Positions 26,835-39,123 of a stretch of 64,000 nucleotides of DNA are shown one piece after another. How positions within the stretch are numbered: the stretch's first letter is position 1; every line of letters begins with the position of its first letter. Both the position numbers and the translations under genes were made by a program. Under the pieces are notes generated by a model. That model was not told the origin of the DNA. It made no database searches and saw only the letters and a program-made list of their open reading frames with translations. This stretch comes from Eledone cirrhosa (taxonomy: Eukaryota), in contig OZ024743.1 in NCBI GenBank assembly GCA_964016885.1, positions 149,482,001 to 149,546,000 on the forward strand. The letters run 5' to 3'.

Positions 26835-29558
26835 TTAGGTAAGGCGGGTCTTCTCTGTTACTGAGTACCGCCAAAGGTCTCGGTCCAGTGACATTGTCTT
26901 GGAGAGGTGTAAGTGTGTGATGTCGGAGTTTATCAGCTCGTCCCAGGTTTTTCTAGGTCTGCCTATTCCGTGACTACCGTCTATCTTTATTGCCCTGCAC
27001 TTTGTTATACAGCTATCGACTTTCATGCGCATCACGTGTCCATACCAACGTAGCCTTCTCTCGAGTAAACAACATCTGATCCCTCTTATCTCTAATTTTT
27101 TCCTTAGTTCGTTTCTGCTTTGCCGTTCACGTATATTACTGTTACACATCCAGCGGAGCATGCAAGCTTCATTCCTCTCTAGTCTGCGTATATCCTCTGC
27201 ACACAATGCCCAGGTCTCACTGCCATGCAACATTGATGTTCGTATGCAGGCATCGTACAACCTGCCTTTCATTTTTAGGGAGAACCCTTTAGCAGCTAAT
27301 AGTGGTATAAGCTCTCTGAACTTTTTCCAACCAGTTCTGACTCTAGCTACAGTACTTTCAGAGCACCCTCCCCCACTGCTGATTTTATCGCCCAGGTAAC
27401 GGAAGCTGTCCACTATTTCTATAGAACCTTCTGCGCAATTGAAAGAGCTAGTATTTTGTGGGCACTTGCTGCTACTTATTGCACCAGAACACTGGCCACA
27501 TGTAAAATCTATGTTCTTAGTTAGCTTACCTGTGATCCCACTACATCTTTTATGCACCCATACTTTGCATTTAGGACATAAAATGGAGTTTCTACCTACG
27601 CCTTTCCTACACACCGAGCACGACCATTTCCCAGAAGGGACCGCCGCCTTGTTTTCTTTCCTACAAACTAGAACTTTGGTCTTAGCCAGGTTAATTTTAA
27701 GTCCTTTTGGCTCTAGGCCGTGCTTCCATGTTTGGAATTTCTTCTCTAGCTCGGCCATTGATTCCGCTATGAGTGTCAGGTCGTCTGCGTATAGGAGTTC
27801 CCATGGGCAGCCTGTCTTGAACTCCTCTGTTATAGCCTGAAGGGCAATAATAAATAGTAGGGGACTGAGAACAGAGCCCTGATGGACGCCAACTTTTACG
27901 CTAAACTCTTCACTATATTCGTTGTTAATTCTAACCTTGCTGACTGTTTCTTTATACATGGCTTGTATAGCCCTCACAAGCCATTCGTCAACGCCTAGTT
28001 TTCTAAGAGCCCACCAGATAATGGAGCGGGGGACTCTGTCGAAGGCTTTCTCCAAGTCGACAAAAGCTAAGTAGAGGGGTTTACCTTTAGCTAGGTACTT
28101 CTCCTGTAGTTGTCGTACTATGAAAAGAGCGTCTGTGGTACTTTTGCCTGACACAAACCCGAACTGCATTTCATCTAGGTCAATTCTCTCTCTGATTAGT
28201 TGCGCTATTACTTTTTCCGTGACCTTCATGACCTGGTCGATTAATTTAATGCCTCTATAGTTACTCCTATCTAGGGCGTCTCCTTTACCCTTATAACAGT
28301 TAACGATGATGCTGCTATGCCAGTCCTTCGGAACAACCCCATTCTGTACGACTTGGTTAACTATGCGGGTGACCATGGTGTGTCCCACCGTGCCAGATGC
28401 CTTCAGCATCTCAGCAACTATTTCCGAAGGCCCAGCCGCCTTACCCGTCTTCATATCCTTGATTGCCTTACTTATTATACTCCCCTCGACTAACACTGCT
28501 GGTCCCTCTATTGGGTCGATATGGGGGAGACTGTCTTTCTCCCATTTATTCTCCTCATTTAGTAGCCTTTCATAGTGACACTTCCAAGCTACCTTCTTAT
28601 CAGTGTCGGTGATGGCAAGTATGCCATCATCGTTAAGTACACACTTCTCCCCGACAATATCACGGTTTTCCTTGACGCATTGCCTAGCAATCCTGAACAC
28701 CTCACGTTTTTGGTCATCGCGTTGTAGAACATGCTTGAACTTTCTTTGCTCAGCTTCCCTTCTTGCTAAGTACACTTCTCTCCTAGCTTCCCTCCTGGCC
28801 ACTTGATAGTCTACTCTACTTCCCCCATCCCGCCATACTTTCCAAGCCTGCTTTTTGGCCTTAATTGACCCCTCCACCTTACTGTTCCACCACCATGTTA
28901 CTCTCCTCCTGCCTACAGGCCTGCTCCAGCCACAGACTTCATCTGTCGCCAACAGCAGGTTTGCTTTCAGAAATTCCCACTGTCCCTCTATATTGTCCGA
29001 CTCTAAATGTTCTTCCTTACTGTCGAAAGCATCAAGTAATATGCTTTGAAATTTATTTCTGGCTGTGGGGTCCTTTAGCTTCCATATTTTTCTCCTGAGG
29101 ATAGTCCTCTTCTGCTCTCGAGTACGTCTCGTCCTGACTATGAGGTCGCTAATTATCAGTCTATGTTGGGAGGTGCATTCTTCATGGGGGAGGGATTTAG
29201 TGTTTACAACAGACACTCTGTCACGTCTTCTGGTAAGGATATAATCTACCTGGCTTGTGTGTTCCCCGGATCTATAGGTGATCAGGTGATTATCACGTTT
29301 TTTGAAGTTAGTGTTACAGATAGTTAGGTTATTTGCATCACAGAATTCCAGGATTCTGGAGCCTTCCTCATTTCTAGTACCAAACCCATAGCCTCCATGG
29401 ATTTCGTTGTAGCCGTCACAATGTTGTCCAACGTGACCATTTAGGTCGCCTGCAATAATTATATAGTCACTGTCAGATATTTGGGAGGTAGTTAGCAACA
29501 GTGTCTCATAGAATCTGTCTTTTATAGTGCCGGGCAGTCCGGATTTGGGTGCGTACGC
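26835..29558 (-). CDS. RTE ORF 3' part: APE endonuclease C-half, RT, PHD-like Cys cluster
   Basis: Open for ~907 codons: AYAP, GDLNGH, VDYIL, SQHRL, NYRGIKL, QFGF, FVDLEKAFD, GVHQGSVLSP, YADD, FRYLG. Confidence 0.93.
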   Translation of the reverse strand, partial: AYAPKSGLPGTIKDRFYETLLLTTSQISDSDYIIIAGDLNGHVGQHCDGYNEIHGGYGFGTRNEEGSRILEFCDANNLTICNTNFKKRDNHLITYRSGEHTSQVDYILTRRRDRVSVVNTKSLPHEECTSQHRLIISDLIVRTRRTREQKRTILRRKIWKLKDPTARNKFQSILLDAFDSKEEHLESDNIEGQWEFLKANLLLATDEVCGWSRPVGRRRVTWWWNSKVEGSIKAKKQAWKVWRDGGSRVDYQVARREARREVYLARREAEQRKFKHVLQRDDQKREVFRIARQCVKENRDIVGEKCVLNDDGILAITDTDKKVAWKCHYERLLNEENKWEKDSLPHIDPIEGPAVLVEGSIISKAIKDMKTGKAAGPSEIVAEMLKASGTVGHTMVTRIVNQVVQNGVVPKDWHSSIIVNCYKGKGDALDRSNYRGIKLIDQVMKVTEKVIAQLIRERIDLDEMQFGFVSGKSTTDALFIVRQLQEKYLAKGKPLYLAFVDLEKAFDRVPRSIIWWALRKLGVDEWLVRAIQAMYKETVSKVRINNEYSEEFSVKVGVHQGSVLSPLLFIIALQAITEEFKTGCPWELLYADDLTLIAESMAELEKKFQTWKHGLEPKGLKINLAKTKVLVCRKENKAAVPSGKWSCSVCRKGVGRNSILCPKCKVWVHKRCSGITGKLTKNIDFTCGQCSGAISSSKCPQNTSSFNCAEGSIEIVDSFRYLGDKISSGGGCSESTVARVRTGWKKFRELIPLLAAKGFSLKMKGRLYDACIRTSMLHGSETWALCAEDIRRLERNEACMLRWMCNSNIRERQSRNELRKKLEIRGIRCCLLERRLRWYGHVMRMKVDSCITKCRAIKIDGSHGIGRPRKTWDELINSDITHLHLSKTMSLDRDLWRYSVTEKTRLT

Positions 29559-30356
29559 CGTATTCTCAAACAAAAAACAAAATCCTTCCCATTCTACTTC
29601 TTATAAATTCCTTTAAATATATATATTATGCTACTTCGAAAATCAAAAATCCCGCTTCTACACCCTTCACCCTCCATCTACTCCACGAGGGGCTGCGGTC
29701 AGCCACTCTCTCTCTCCCCCTTCTCCTCTCTCTCTCTCTTCCCCTTCCCCTCTCTCTCTCTCTTCCCCTTCCCCTCTCTCTCTCTCTCTCTTAGCTACAC
29801 ATATATATATATATATATATATATAAGATAAATTCACCTTCATGTTTATTCACTTTTCGCCAATCCATTGCTGCTTCAATTATTCCTACTACGGTGTACC
29901 CATGTAATCGTAACGTACACATTTTTCTATCTACTCCATGCTCCAATTTCGTACATAGTCCAAACATCCAATCTCACAAAATCCGAAATCTGTATTTTTT
30001 GTTATTTATTTAGGTTTAAATACGGTTGTTTTTGTCGTATTGAACAGAACAAATCTTGCAGTTTTGCTTTTTGTTAATCGCTTGTTAAACATTCATAACC
30101 TTCCAGCTAGCTACCCCACACCTCTCCCACCCGCCCCCACACACCACCATTCTTAATACGTGGACCAATCATAAGCCAGAGCCCCCCCCCCCCCCCACGC
30201 ATCACCATTATTATTATTACGCGGACCAATCATAAGCCAGAGGCCTATACTATCGCTTGCCCGGTTGCCTTCGATATATGATGGATGGATGGATGGACGG
30301 ACTGCGGAATCCTGGAGAGTGGAAGGGAGAGAAAAATCTGGACGCTCAGAGCGAAA

Positions 30357-30873
30357 ATGCCAAAGTTAAAGTCAAATTCACCTCGTGGACGAGAATGCGA
30401 GCACTCCTCTTTGTTTCGTCCGCGGATGGCTAACATAACCCCATCTCCCCCCGCCCCCCACCGCCCCCACCCTCCAAACGCAATCCAAAACTTCAGAGTT
30501 GGTACCATAAATGTAGGCACCCTAAAGGGTCGCGCTAACGAGGTTGTAGAAATGCTTGAACGTAAGGAGGTCGATGTTTGTTGTATTCAAGAGACCAGGT
30601 GGAGGGGTGGGTCTGCTAGATTCATTGAGGGTAAAAAACGATGTTATAAGCTTTTCTGGGTGGGAAACGACGATGGGCTGGGTGGAGTAGGAATCATGGT
30701 AGCAGAAAAGTGGGCAGATAAGATAATAGACGTAAATAGAGTGAACGACAGAATAATTAAAATACGACTTGTCCTCAATAGAACTACGGTGACAGTAATA
30801 TCTGCGTACGCACCCCAATCCGGACTGCCCGGCACTATAAAAGACAGATTCTATGAGACACTGTTGCTAACTA
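30357..30873 (+). CDS. RTE ORF 5' part: APE endonuclease N-half (inverted)
   Basis: RVGTINVGTL..DVCCIQETRW..GGVGI..DRII..SAYAPQSG..FYETLLLT; the start codon is uncertain. Confidence 0.88.
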
Positions 30874-30949
30874 TATATATATATATATATAAGAGAGTGT
30901 TTAAGTTTGCTTGAAGTATTGTGGAATATAAAAAATGGTTGTTTTGGAA

Positions 30950-31417
30950 GTGTTTTGGAAGCCTCTACAATGCAGAGGAGTAAATCTCCAGGTAACAATC
31001 AGGTGGCAGTAGGAAGAAAGAAAAGATATGTAGAAAGAAATGTAAAGAAATGTAGAAAGGCATAAAAAGAAAACTAGAGATTGAATTAGCTTGTAAGAGA
31101 TATATTAGTCCCTATATTTTGGATTTCAGATCCATCGACGAGGGGGTTATCAGAAGGGAAATATGTATGTCAGCAAAGGGAACAATGTGTGGCTGTCTTT
31201 ATCTGTTGTTTGCATCTGACTGATTGTGTCCAATAGAGAATGGTCTCTGCCGCATAATAAATCTCTTCCAAGCTAACTCCATCTATGGTTTTCATTTTAT
31301 GCCTTTTTTACGTCTCTTTTTACATTTCTTTCTACATTTCTCTTCCTTCTTCCTACAGTCACCTGATTTTGTTACTTGGACATTTACTCATCTCCATTGT
31401 AGAGGCTTCCAAAATGA
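30950..31417. repeat. Diverged inverted repeat, ~155-bp arms
   Basis: 30950-31105 (TTTTGGAAGCCTCTACAATG...) pairs with 31258-31417 (...CATTGTAGAGGCTTCCAAAA). Confidence 0.8.
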
Positions 31418-31421
31418 CCAT

Positions 31422-32198
31422 ATCATCATCACCGTTTTACGTTCGTTCTTCCACGTTAACATGAGTTAGACGGGCTGTCCTGTTGTGAGCAGTAGCCGGT
31501 TGGCTGACCATGCCTTGTTCATACAGGAACTGATTCTGGCTTGATTTCTACAGCTGGATGCCCTTCCTAACACCAACCTCATTTACAGTGAGTGCTGGGT
31601 GCTTTTTTCCGTGGGGCCTACACGTCCACTTTACAGTGTGGGTTGGGTGCTTTTTTGCCGTGGCACCTCCACGACCACTTTGCAGTGAGAGGGTGTGGGG
31701 GCATATTGTCTATATGCTTCAGCTTCAGCTTGTACCTGTGGGAAGTCGGGTCTTGTGTATTACTGCGTGACACCAGAGGTCACGGTCGTGTGTCATTGCC
31801 TTTGAGAGGTGTAATTGGATAAGGTCGGCTTTTATCACCTCATCCCAGGTCTTCTTGGGTCTCCCCACTCCACGGTTTCCATTGACTTCTAGTGCTCTGC
31901 ACCTTTTTATGCAGCTGTCATCCTTCATACACATCACATGTCCATACCAACGCAGCCTGCCCACAGCATTTGATTCCTCTTATGCTCAGTCTCTCTCTCA
32001 ATTCGTTTATGCTTTGCCGTTCACGTATACACATCCATCGGAGCATGCAGGCTTCGTTTCTTTCTAATCTACGTAGATCTTCCACCTTCAGCGCCCAGGT
32101 CTCACTACCATGTAATATTGCTGTTCGTATACATGCATCATACAGCCTGCCTTTCATTTTGAGGGAAAAGCCTTTTGCAGCTAGCAGTGGCAGTAGCC
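31422..32198 (-). mobile_element. 5'-truncated RTE LINE
   Basis: LLPLLAAKGFSLKMKGRLYDAC..RLRWYGHVM..GRPKKTW; (CAT)n tail. Confidence 0.92.
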
Positions 32199-32849
32199 AG
32201 ATTTGAACATAACACTTTTTTTCTTTTCCCTCACACACACACACACACACATATACTGTATGTGTGGCCACTTCTATTTCCACCAACAGATTTATATTGG
32301 ATATATAGTAAAGTTCCTTTTATAAGTTGATCTTTTTCTCTCCACGAACAATATCATGATTAGTCAGAAAATGGATTCACTTCTAAAAACATATTAATAC
32401 CAATATGATGGACATATTTTAAGTACCTAATGGAAAAAAAACCCAAAACATTTCAACAAAAGTAAAATGCTGGATGGCTTATAATTTTCATAAACTTATT
32501 GGCAACCATGATACTCATAAGAATATAAATATGGTTTTAAAACAAATAAGAATATCCTCTCATTAATATAAAATTTCGAAAATTCCATAACTGATTCTGA
32601 AAGGACATTTTTCATACATTGAAAGCTATAAATCTACATCAATAGTTTATTAGTTGCATGGCAGATATTGCTAGTTCTATCCTCTAGAAGCAAAAAAGGA
32701 AAACTGAATAATCTCAATTAAACATAAACTAACAGGAGAAAATATAACTTCTGATTTCTAAATAGAATAAACATAAAACCAGTATCCAATAACTACCTCT
32801 GGAATTATATTGCATGGTTAAGGTACAGCCACTAGATATGATGGCTAGT

Positions 32850-35120
32850 TGCAATATAAGTGGGCAACTGCCGGACAAATAAGCAACCCTGGACTAACTG
32901 AGGTAAACCACTAGGGGAGATGGAGCAATGGGTGACACCTGTTGCTCCCATTAAAACTCTCACAACTCAGTGATGTAGCTATGGCGAGGGGAGTAAAGGC
33001 TGCTTCTAAAAAGGCCTAGTGTTCGCAGGTTTCATAAAGTACCAGATCGGTGACTGGTGGGAAATAAGACCACTGAAACTGAAGCTGCAGTATGATGAAG
33101 AAAACAAAAAAGAACCATACGGCATCATCCTTTGGGAGGGTTATCAAAGGGAGGCATTCAGGCCTTTTGTAGAGGGGCTTGTTCGAAAAATATATTGCAG
33201 TCTCCATTCCATGCTGCAAAAACTGCGTGAGATGGACACACAAATATTGCATATCACAAGACCCCAAAGAGGGTCTGGAAGGGAGCAAACCTTAACAGTT
33301 GGAACCTGGAACATCACAGCCCTTACAGGTATGTAGCAGGAACTAGTGGAGGAAGCTAGATGCTACCGGCTAAATAAAGTCGGGGTTTCCTCAACAAAGT
33401 TGCATGGCTCTGGTACTGTAGATTCGGATGGAGGATGGAAACTCTACTATGCACATGTGGTGCAAGAAATGACTGCACAGGTGGGAGTGGTGATACTCAC
33501 AAACCCCCAGCTGTCAGAATGTGTTATGGACTGGATCCTGTTTGGAGGGATGATTTGCCTCTTGAAGCTGAAAGATAGATCTCTAATGGGTGGTGCAAGT
33601 TTATGCACCAAAGAAGGAGTTTGAATACAGACCCACCCTTGATATAGTCTCTGCAGTATTAGATGTAGTTATTACAGAGTCATATATCCTAGTGGGAGAC
33701 TTCAATGCACATGTTGGCACTGACCACCTGACATGGAAAGGAATGATTGGAAGAAATGACAACATTGATCTAAATACGAATGGACAGATCTTACTAGACT
33801 TCTCTTCTAGCAATGGACTCTTTATAATGCACACCTTCTTCCAGCACACAGGCATCTATAAATACATGGTATAAGGGGAATCAGTTAGTGATCAATAACT
33901 GATTTTGTTATTATTTCTGATCTCTTCGAATCTGTGCTGGATGTTCATGTTAAGAGAGGGGCTGAGCCGTCAACTGATCACCATCTAGTTATCTGCAACT
34001 TCAGACTACCTAAAGCCAAAGAAGCCCACAAAACTGAATGACCTACAGGATAAAGTGGAAGGTGTTGGTGGATAAGGAAGTCAGGACCAGGTATGCAGAT
34101 ACTATTGCATCCAAATTCAGAGAACTCCCTGAACAAACTGAGGACATTGAGACTGAGTGAAGCAGTTTCTGCTTCAGTTGTTAAATGCTGCAGGCAAAAG
34201 AGGCTTAGTGAGACGCCAGATGGCAGGAGGACTCCTTGGTTCAATTAAGAGGTCAAAATTACCATCTGAGCAAAGAAGGAGGCTTACAAACCTTGGCTTG
34301 GAAACATGTCCTCCTTGCACTTACAGTACAAGCAGGCATGAAGAAACGCATCAGAGACAGTAAAGACCTCCAAAGTTAGGACATGGGAGGATTTTGGGGT
34401 TAAGCTGGAATCCAATTTCAAATCAGAAAATAAAGTGTTCTGGCAGACCATCCACCCACTTCATATTAAGAAGCCCTCCAGCACACTTGCTACAAGAATG
34501 CATCTGGATTTCTCCTCTCCCCAGAGAGATGCATCCGCGTGAGGTGGAGAGAATACTTTGCTGATCTCCTAAACCCAATCACAACAGCATTTTCTGTTGT
34601 ACATAAGGTGCATCTGAGAGTGATGACTAATCTCTCAGAGGCGGAGGTTACAAGAGCAGTTAAAGAGTTCAAATGTCGAAAGGCTGCAGGGGAAGATGAA
34701 ATCTAGCTCGAGATGTTAAAAGCCTTAAATAGAGAAGGTGTTCTCTGGCTGACTCATGCGTGCTGGGTGGCCTGAATCTCTGGAAAGGCACCTAAGCAAT
34801 GGCAATTGGGAGTGATAATATCAATTTTCAAAAAGGGAGACAAGAGAGATTGTTTCAACTACAGGGATATCTCCTTATTAAGCCTCCCCGGTAAAGTCTA
34901 TGCTAAGAGTCTGGCAAAGAGATGCAGGGAGATTGTTGAGTCTAAGTTTGCTGATGAACAGTGTGGTCTTTACCCCGGATGCAGAACAGCCAATCAAATA
35001 GTCACACTGCAGCAGGTCTTCGAGAAATCATTGAAATATTGCCAAGAGGTATATTCTGTTTTGTAAAAGCTTGAAAAGGCATATGACCACATTTCATGGG
35101 ACCTGCTGTGGAAGGTTGTG
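32850..35120 (+). mobile_element. Decayed RTE-clade LINE of a second family (EN plus partial RT)
   Basis: LTVGTWNITAL, QVYAP, VGDFNAHVG, TDHHLV, IFKKGDKRDCFNYRDISLLSLPGKVY; many stops and frameshifts. Confidence 0.88.
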
Positions 35121-35149
35121 TTGGTTTCATGGCTTGAATCTAATGAGAG

Positions 35150-35335
35150 TACAAGACTCATCCTGGATGAAATACCAGACCATTGCAGGGTTAGATTATT
35201 TTCAGCTGAGTATACTGGAGCAATGCAAAATAAAGTGTCTCGCTTAAGAACGCAACACACAACCCAGCCCAGGATTCGAACTGATGACATAAGGATCGTA
35301 AGTTCAACACCCTTACGACTAGGCCATGTGTGCCC
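35150..35335 (-). mobile_element. tRNA-derived SINE
   Basis: Reverse strand TGGCCTAGTCGTAAGG..GTTCGAATCC..GACACTTTATTTTGCATTGCTCCAG..CTCAGCTG. Confidence 0.8.
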
Positions 35336-35457
35336 ATGTATTATATATGTATATGTATATAAATATATATATATACACACATATACAAATAAGCAGATAC
35401 ATAAATATACATATATACATACGTAAATGCATATATATATATGTATCAATGATGATA

Positions 35458-35518
<61 letters not shown>

Positions 35519-35520
35519 TG

Positions 35521-35558
<38 letters not shown>

Positions 35559-35649
35559 TGTATATCTATATCTATATATATATATATATATATTTCGTTT
35601 CTGAATTTGTTTAGCAAGATTCTTTATCTGAAAACGTGTGTTGAAACCG

Positions 35650-35992
35650 ATATTGTTATATTTTGGGAGGGTCATGTTGCCAATAAGAAACACATGCACC
35701 AGTTGCTTTCACTTCAATTTATTATAATAAATTTATAAATTTAGGAATTTATAAATTTCCGGTTGGTTGGTTGGTTCCACAACCAGACACACAAAAACAA
35801 GATGGCGTAAGACAGAACAAAGGAGAGGCACAAAAAACAAAGAAAAGTGTCCCCAGTCACTGAAGAGGTCAACCAACCAACCGGAAATTTATAAATTCCT
35901 AAATTTATAAATTTATTATAATAAATTGAAGTGAAAGCATCTAGTGCGTGTGTTTATTATTGGCAACATGACCCTCCCAAAGTATAACAATA
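35650..35992. repeat. Inverted repeat (~120-bp arms) between (TA)n tracts
   Basis: 35650-35773 is the reverse complement of 35871-35992. Confidence 0.9.
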
Positions 35993-36620
35993 TATATATA
36001 TATATAAATATATATATTTATATATATATAAATACAATATATATATATATATATATGTATATATAGTGAAAGAATATTTATGTATATATATATACAATAT
36101 ATATATTGTGAAAGAGTATTTATATATATATATATAAATAATATAAGTATGTACACGTACATACATATATGTATACAGATGTACAGTAGTATGTATATAT
36201 ATATACATACATGCACACATATATATATGTACGTATGGATTCACCGAACATTTATTATAATGCTCGGTGTGTTTGTAAACAAACATCCCGTATTAAGCCG
36301 TAGTGTCTAGCAACCATCGTTGCTCGTTTGTTCAACACTGACAAAGGAACGCTGTACTAGTTTCAAGCTTATTAGCTATCGTCGGCAACGTAAACTTTCC
36401 TGCCAGATGATTGAACGTCTGAAAGTATATACTTTCCTTATGCATATTTCCTTATGTATACAGACGTACAGTAGTATGTATATATACTACTGTACGTCTG
36501 TATACATAAAGGTATGTACGTATACATACTTATATTTAAGTAACAGCCGTACTAAGAGTGGGAAATTTCATTTCCTTTTATCTATTTATATATATATATA
36601 TGTATATATATGTATATGTG

Positions 36621-36960
36621 GAGGCACATGGCTTAATGGTTAGAGTATTGGCCTTGCAATCGAAAGGTTGTGAGTTCAATTCTCAGACCGGGTGATGTGT
36701 TGTTTCCTTGAGCAAGACACTTTATTTCACATTGCTCCAGTTTACTCAGCTGTAGAAATGAGATGATAGGGACTGGGGTCCCTATCATTCCACTGCAAAG
36801 TGGTCGTGGAGGTGCCACGGCAAAAAAGCACCCAGCACTCACTGTAAATGAGGTTGGTGTTAGGAAGGGCATCCAGCTGTAGAAATCAAGCCAGAATCAG
36901 TTCCCGTCCCACCCTTGCAAGCAGGGAAACGCGGACGTAAAATGATGATGATGATGATAA
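36621..36960 (+). mobile_element. Full-length family A SINE
   Basis: GAGGCACATGGCTTAATGGTTAGAG head, central domain, RTE tail, (GAT)n. Confidence 0.92.
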
Positions 36961-37944
36961 AAGATGATATATACATTCACAGATATATCTATGTATACAT
37001 AAATATATAAATTTACGGATATATCTATGTATATATGAATATATATATATGTTTATGTGTATACATATTTACATGTATATATATATATAAAGAGAGAATA
37101 AGAGATGCACATACATGTGTGATTCTAGTGCTCTGATATTGAACTGAAATACAAAGACGTTACAATATCATTAATAAAAATTTATGAAAAGCTTTGAAAT
37201 TTTGCAGCCATTAAGAAATCAGCGGAAGAGATAGCTAATTACAATTATAATGTCCCAGCATGTATCTGTTTATTAACATCAGAGAAACATACACTTAATT
37301 AACTTCATGTGCCCTAAAAAGACCTATTCTACCACATTCAATGGAAAAGATTAATGAAAGGACAATCCTCAATATTGTGTTCTTTCAAAATAGTTTGTAT
37401 TTCTACATTTTTTTTTCAATTCCATAAAAGTTATCTCTCTTATGAGTTTCATTAATTTATATACACATCATACATTTACAGAATAAAAAAGAGGAATTTA
37501 GAAGGAAAGCATAACGTGTTCTGTCTCTAACACAAACATCTTGTTTGTGTTTTATTGAAGTAAATATCAGTCAATAGTTACAACAATAATTCTAGTAATA
37601 ATATTAACAGCCACAACAAAATCTGTTTGTAGCAAAATATTTCTGTTTCTTTAGAAAAATTAAAACAAAAACAGCATTTTAAAAAAGATTTTATTTTAAA
37701 AAATCAGTATGAATTGTTTGTAACATTGTCAGAAATTCATGGAAAGGAGTTAAAGCATTCCATGAACCCCAGTACTTGATTGGTAGTTTATTTTATTGAA
37801 ACTGTAATAATAAAGAGCGGGAGATTTTAATATAAAAGACTGGAACTAATGCTAAAAAAAATTCTAACAATTCTATCAGTTCATCAACCTAATTCTAGTA
37901 ACAATATAAACAGCAATAACAACAACATATAAAAAAATACTTAT

Positions 37945-38380
37945 GTCATCATCATCACCATTTAATGTCTATGGTTCCATGCTGGAATGGGTTAGAGATG
38001 TTATCCTTTTGTGAGCAATGCCAGATCAGGTGACCATGTCTTACTCATACAGAACCTATTTTGGCTTGGTTTCTACAGCTGGATGCCCTTCCTAGCACCA
38101 ACCTAATTTACAGTGTGAACTGGGTACTTTTTGTTGTGACATCTGCGCGACCACTTTACAGTGTGGACTGGCCGTTTTTGTTGCATTGACATCACGACCA
38201 CTTTACAGGAGGATTCACTGAACGTATTCTTCCACTTGTCCTCATGGGAAATGTATGGAAGTGGGTGGGGTAAAGTGGTGCATATTATGTATATGCTTCA
38301 GTCTTGGCCTGTTCCCATGGTAAGTCTGGTCTTATGTAACACCAGAGATCTCATTCTTGTCATCACCTTATGTAAATGTT
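37945..38380 (-). mobile_element. RTE 3' end fragment
   Basis: (CAT)n tail and 3' UTR homologous to the other RTE copies. Confidence 0.8.
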
Positions 38381-39123
38381 GATAATTAAAAACCATAGTA
38401 TTTTAAAGATTTTAATTTTGAAAAAATAATAACACTAATCTAACATGTTGATTGTTAAAAATAAACTTTTATATCTCAATACTGGGATAGGGTTATAGCC
38501 ATACAAAATGCTTTTGCATTTTTGGAGAGAGGTTCTAAATTTTGTCAAACCTATTATTATCTTTATCACTATTGTAGCCAGGTTTCATCATCCCCATCAT
38601 CATATTCATCATCACTTCTTATGAAATATACCTGGCAACCCTGGCATCAAGCAAACTGAGTCTGCATCCCTATGTATGCTTCTATAAGTCAAATGAATCA
38701 CTTGAACAATACATTCATGAATAACAACTTTCCAATTCATCATATACTGTAATAATCACAGACACTCTCAAGCACCAAGAAGATGTTAAAGCATATTCCA
38801 TTGTGTCTTTACCATACTGCAAAGATTTGTTTGAGGAAAGGCAGAAAATCTACAACACAAAAAACTTTGCTTAAAAGTAATATAATATTTTGATGATTCT
38901 TCTCTACTGAACAATTACTTGAATATATGAACCACATCTATAACATTCTTTGCATTTTCAAAGGGTTTTATAAAGAAGAAACTGGAAGATCCCGAAAAAT
39001 CAGAAGAGGAAAACATCAAAAAGCTTTCAATATGTAATGAAATTCCTATAATTGATAGAAAACAATGGTAGAATCAAAGTAATCAAAGAGGAAATGCATA
39101 TCCTTGAATCGACTAGACTATCA

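Larger units (their letters stand above)
26431..30873 (-). mobile_element. Near full-length young RTE LINE with inverted 5' part
   Basis: (CAT)n tail at 26431-26457; 3' ORF on the minus strand, 5' ORF on the plus strand, 70-bp overlap; (TA)n on both flanks. Confidence 0.93.

Noticed and set aside
38762-39050. Possible plus-strand exons (GFIKKKLEDPEKSEEENIK...)
   Set aside because: Short, weak splice signals and no recognisable homology.
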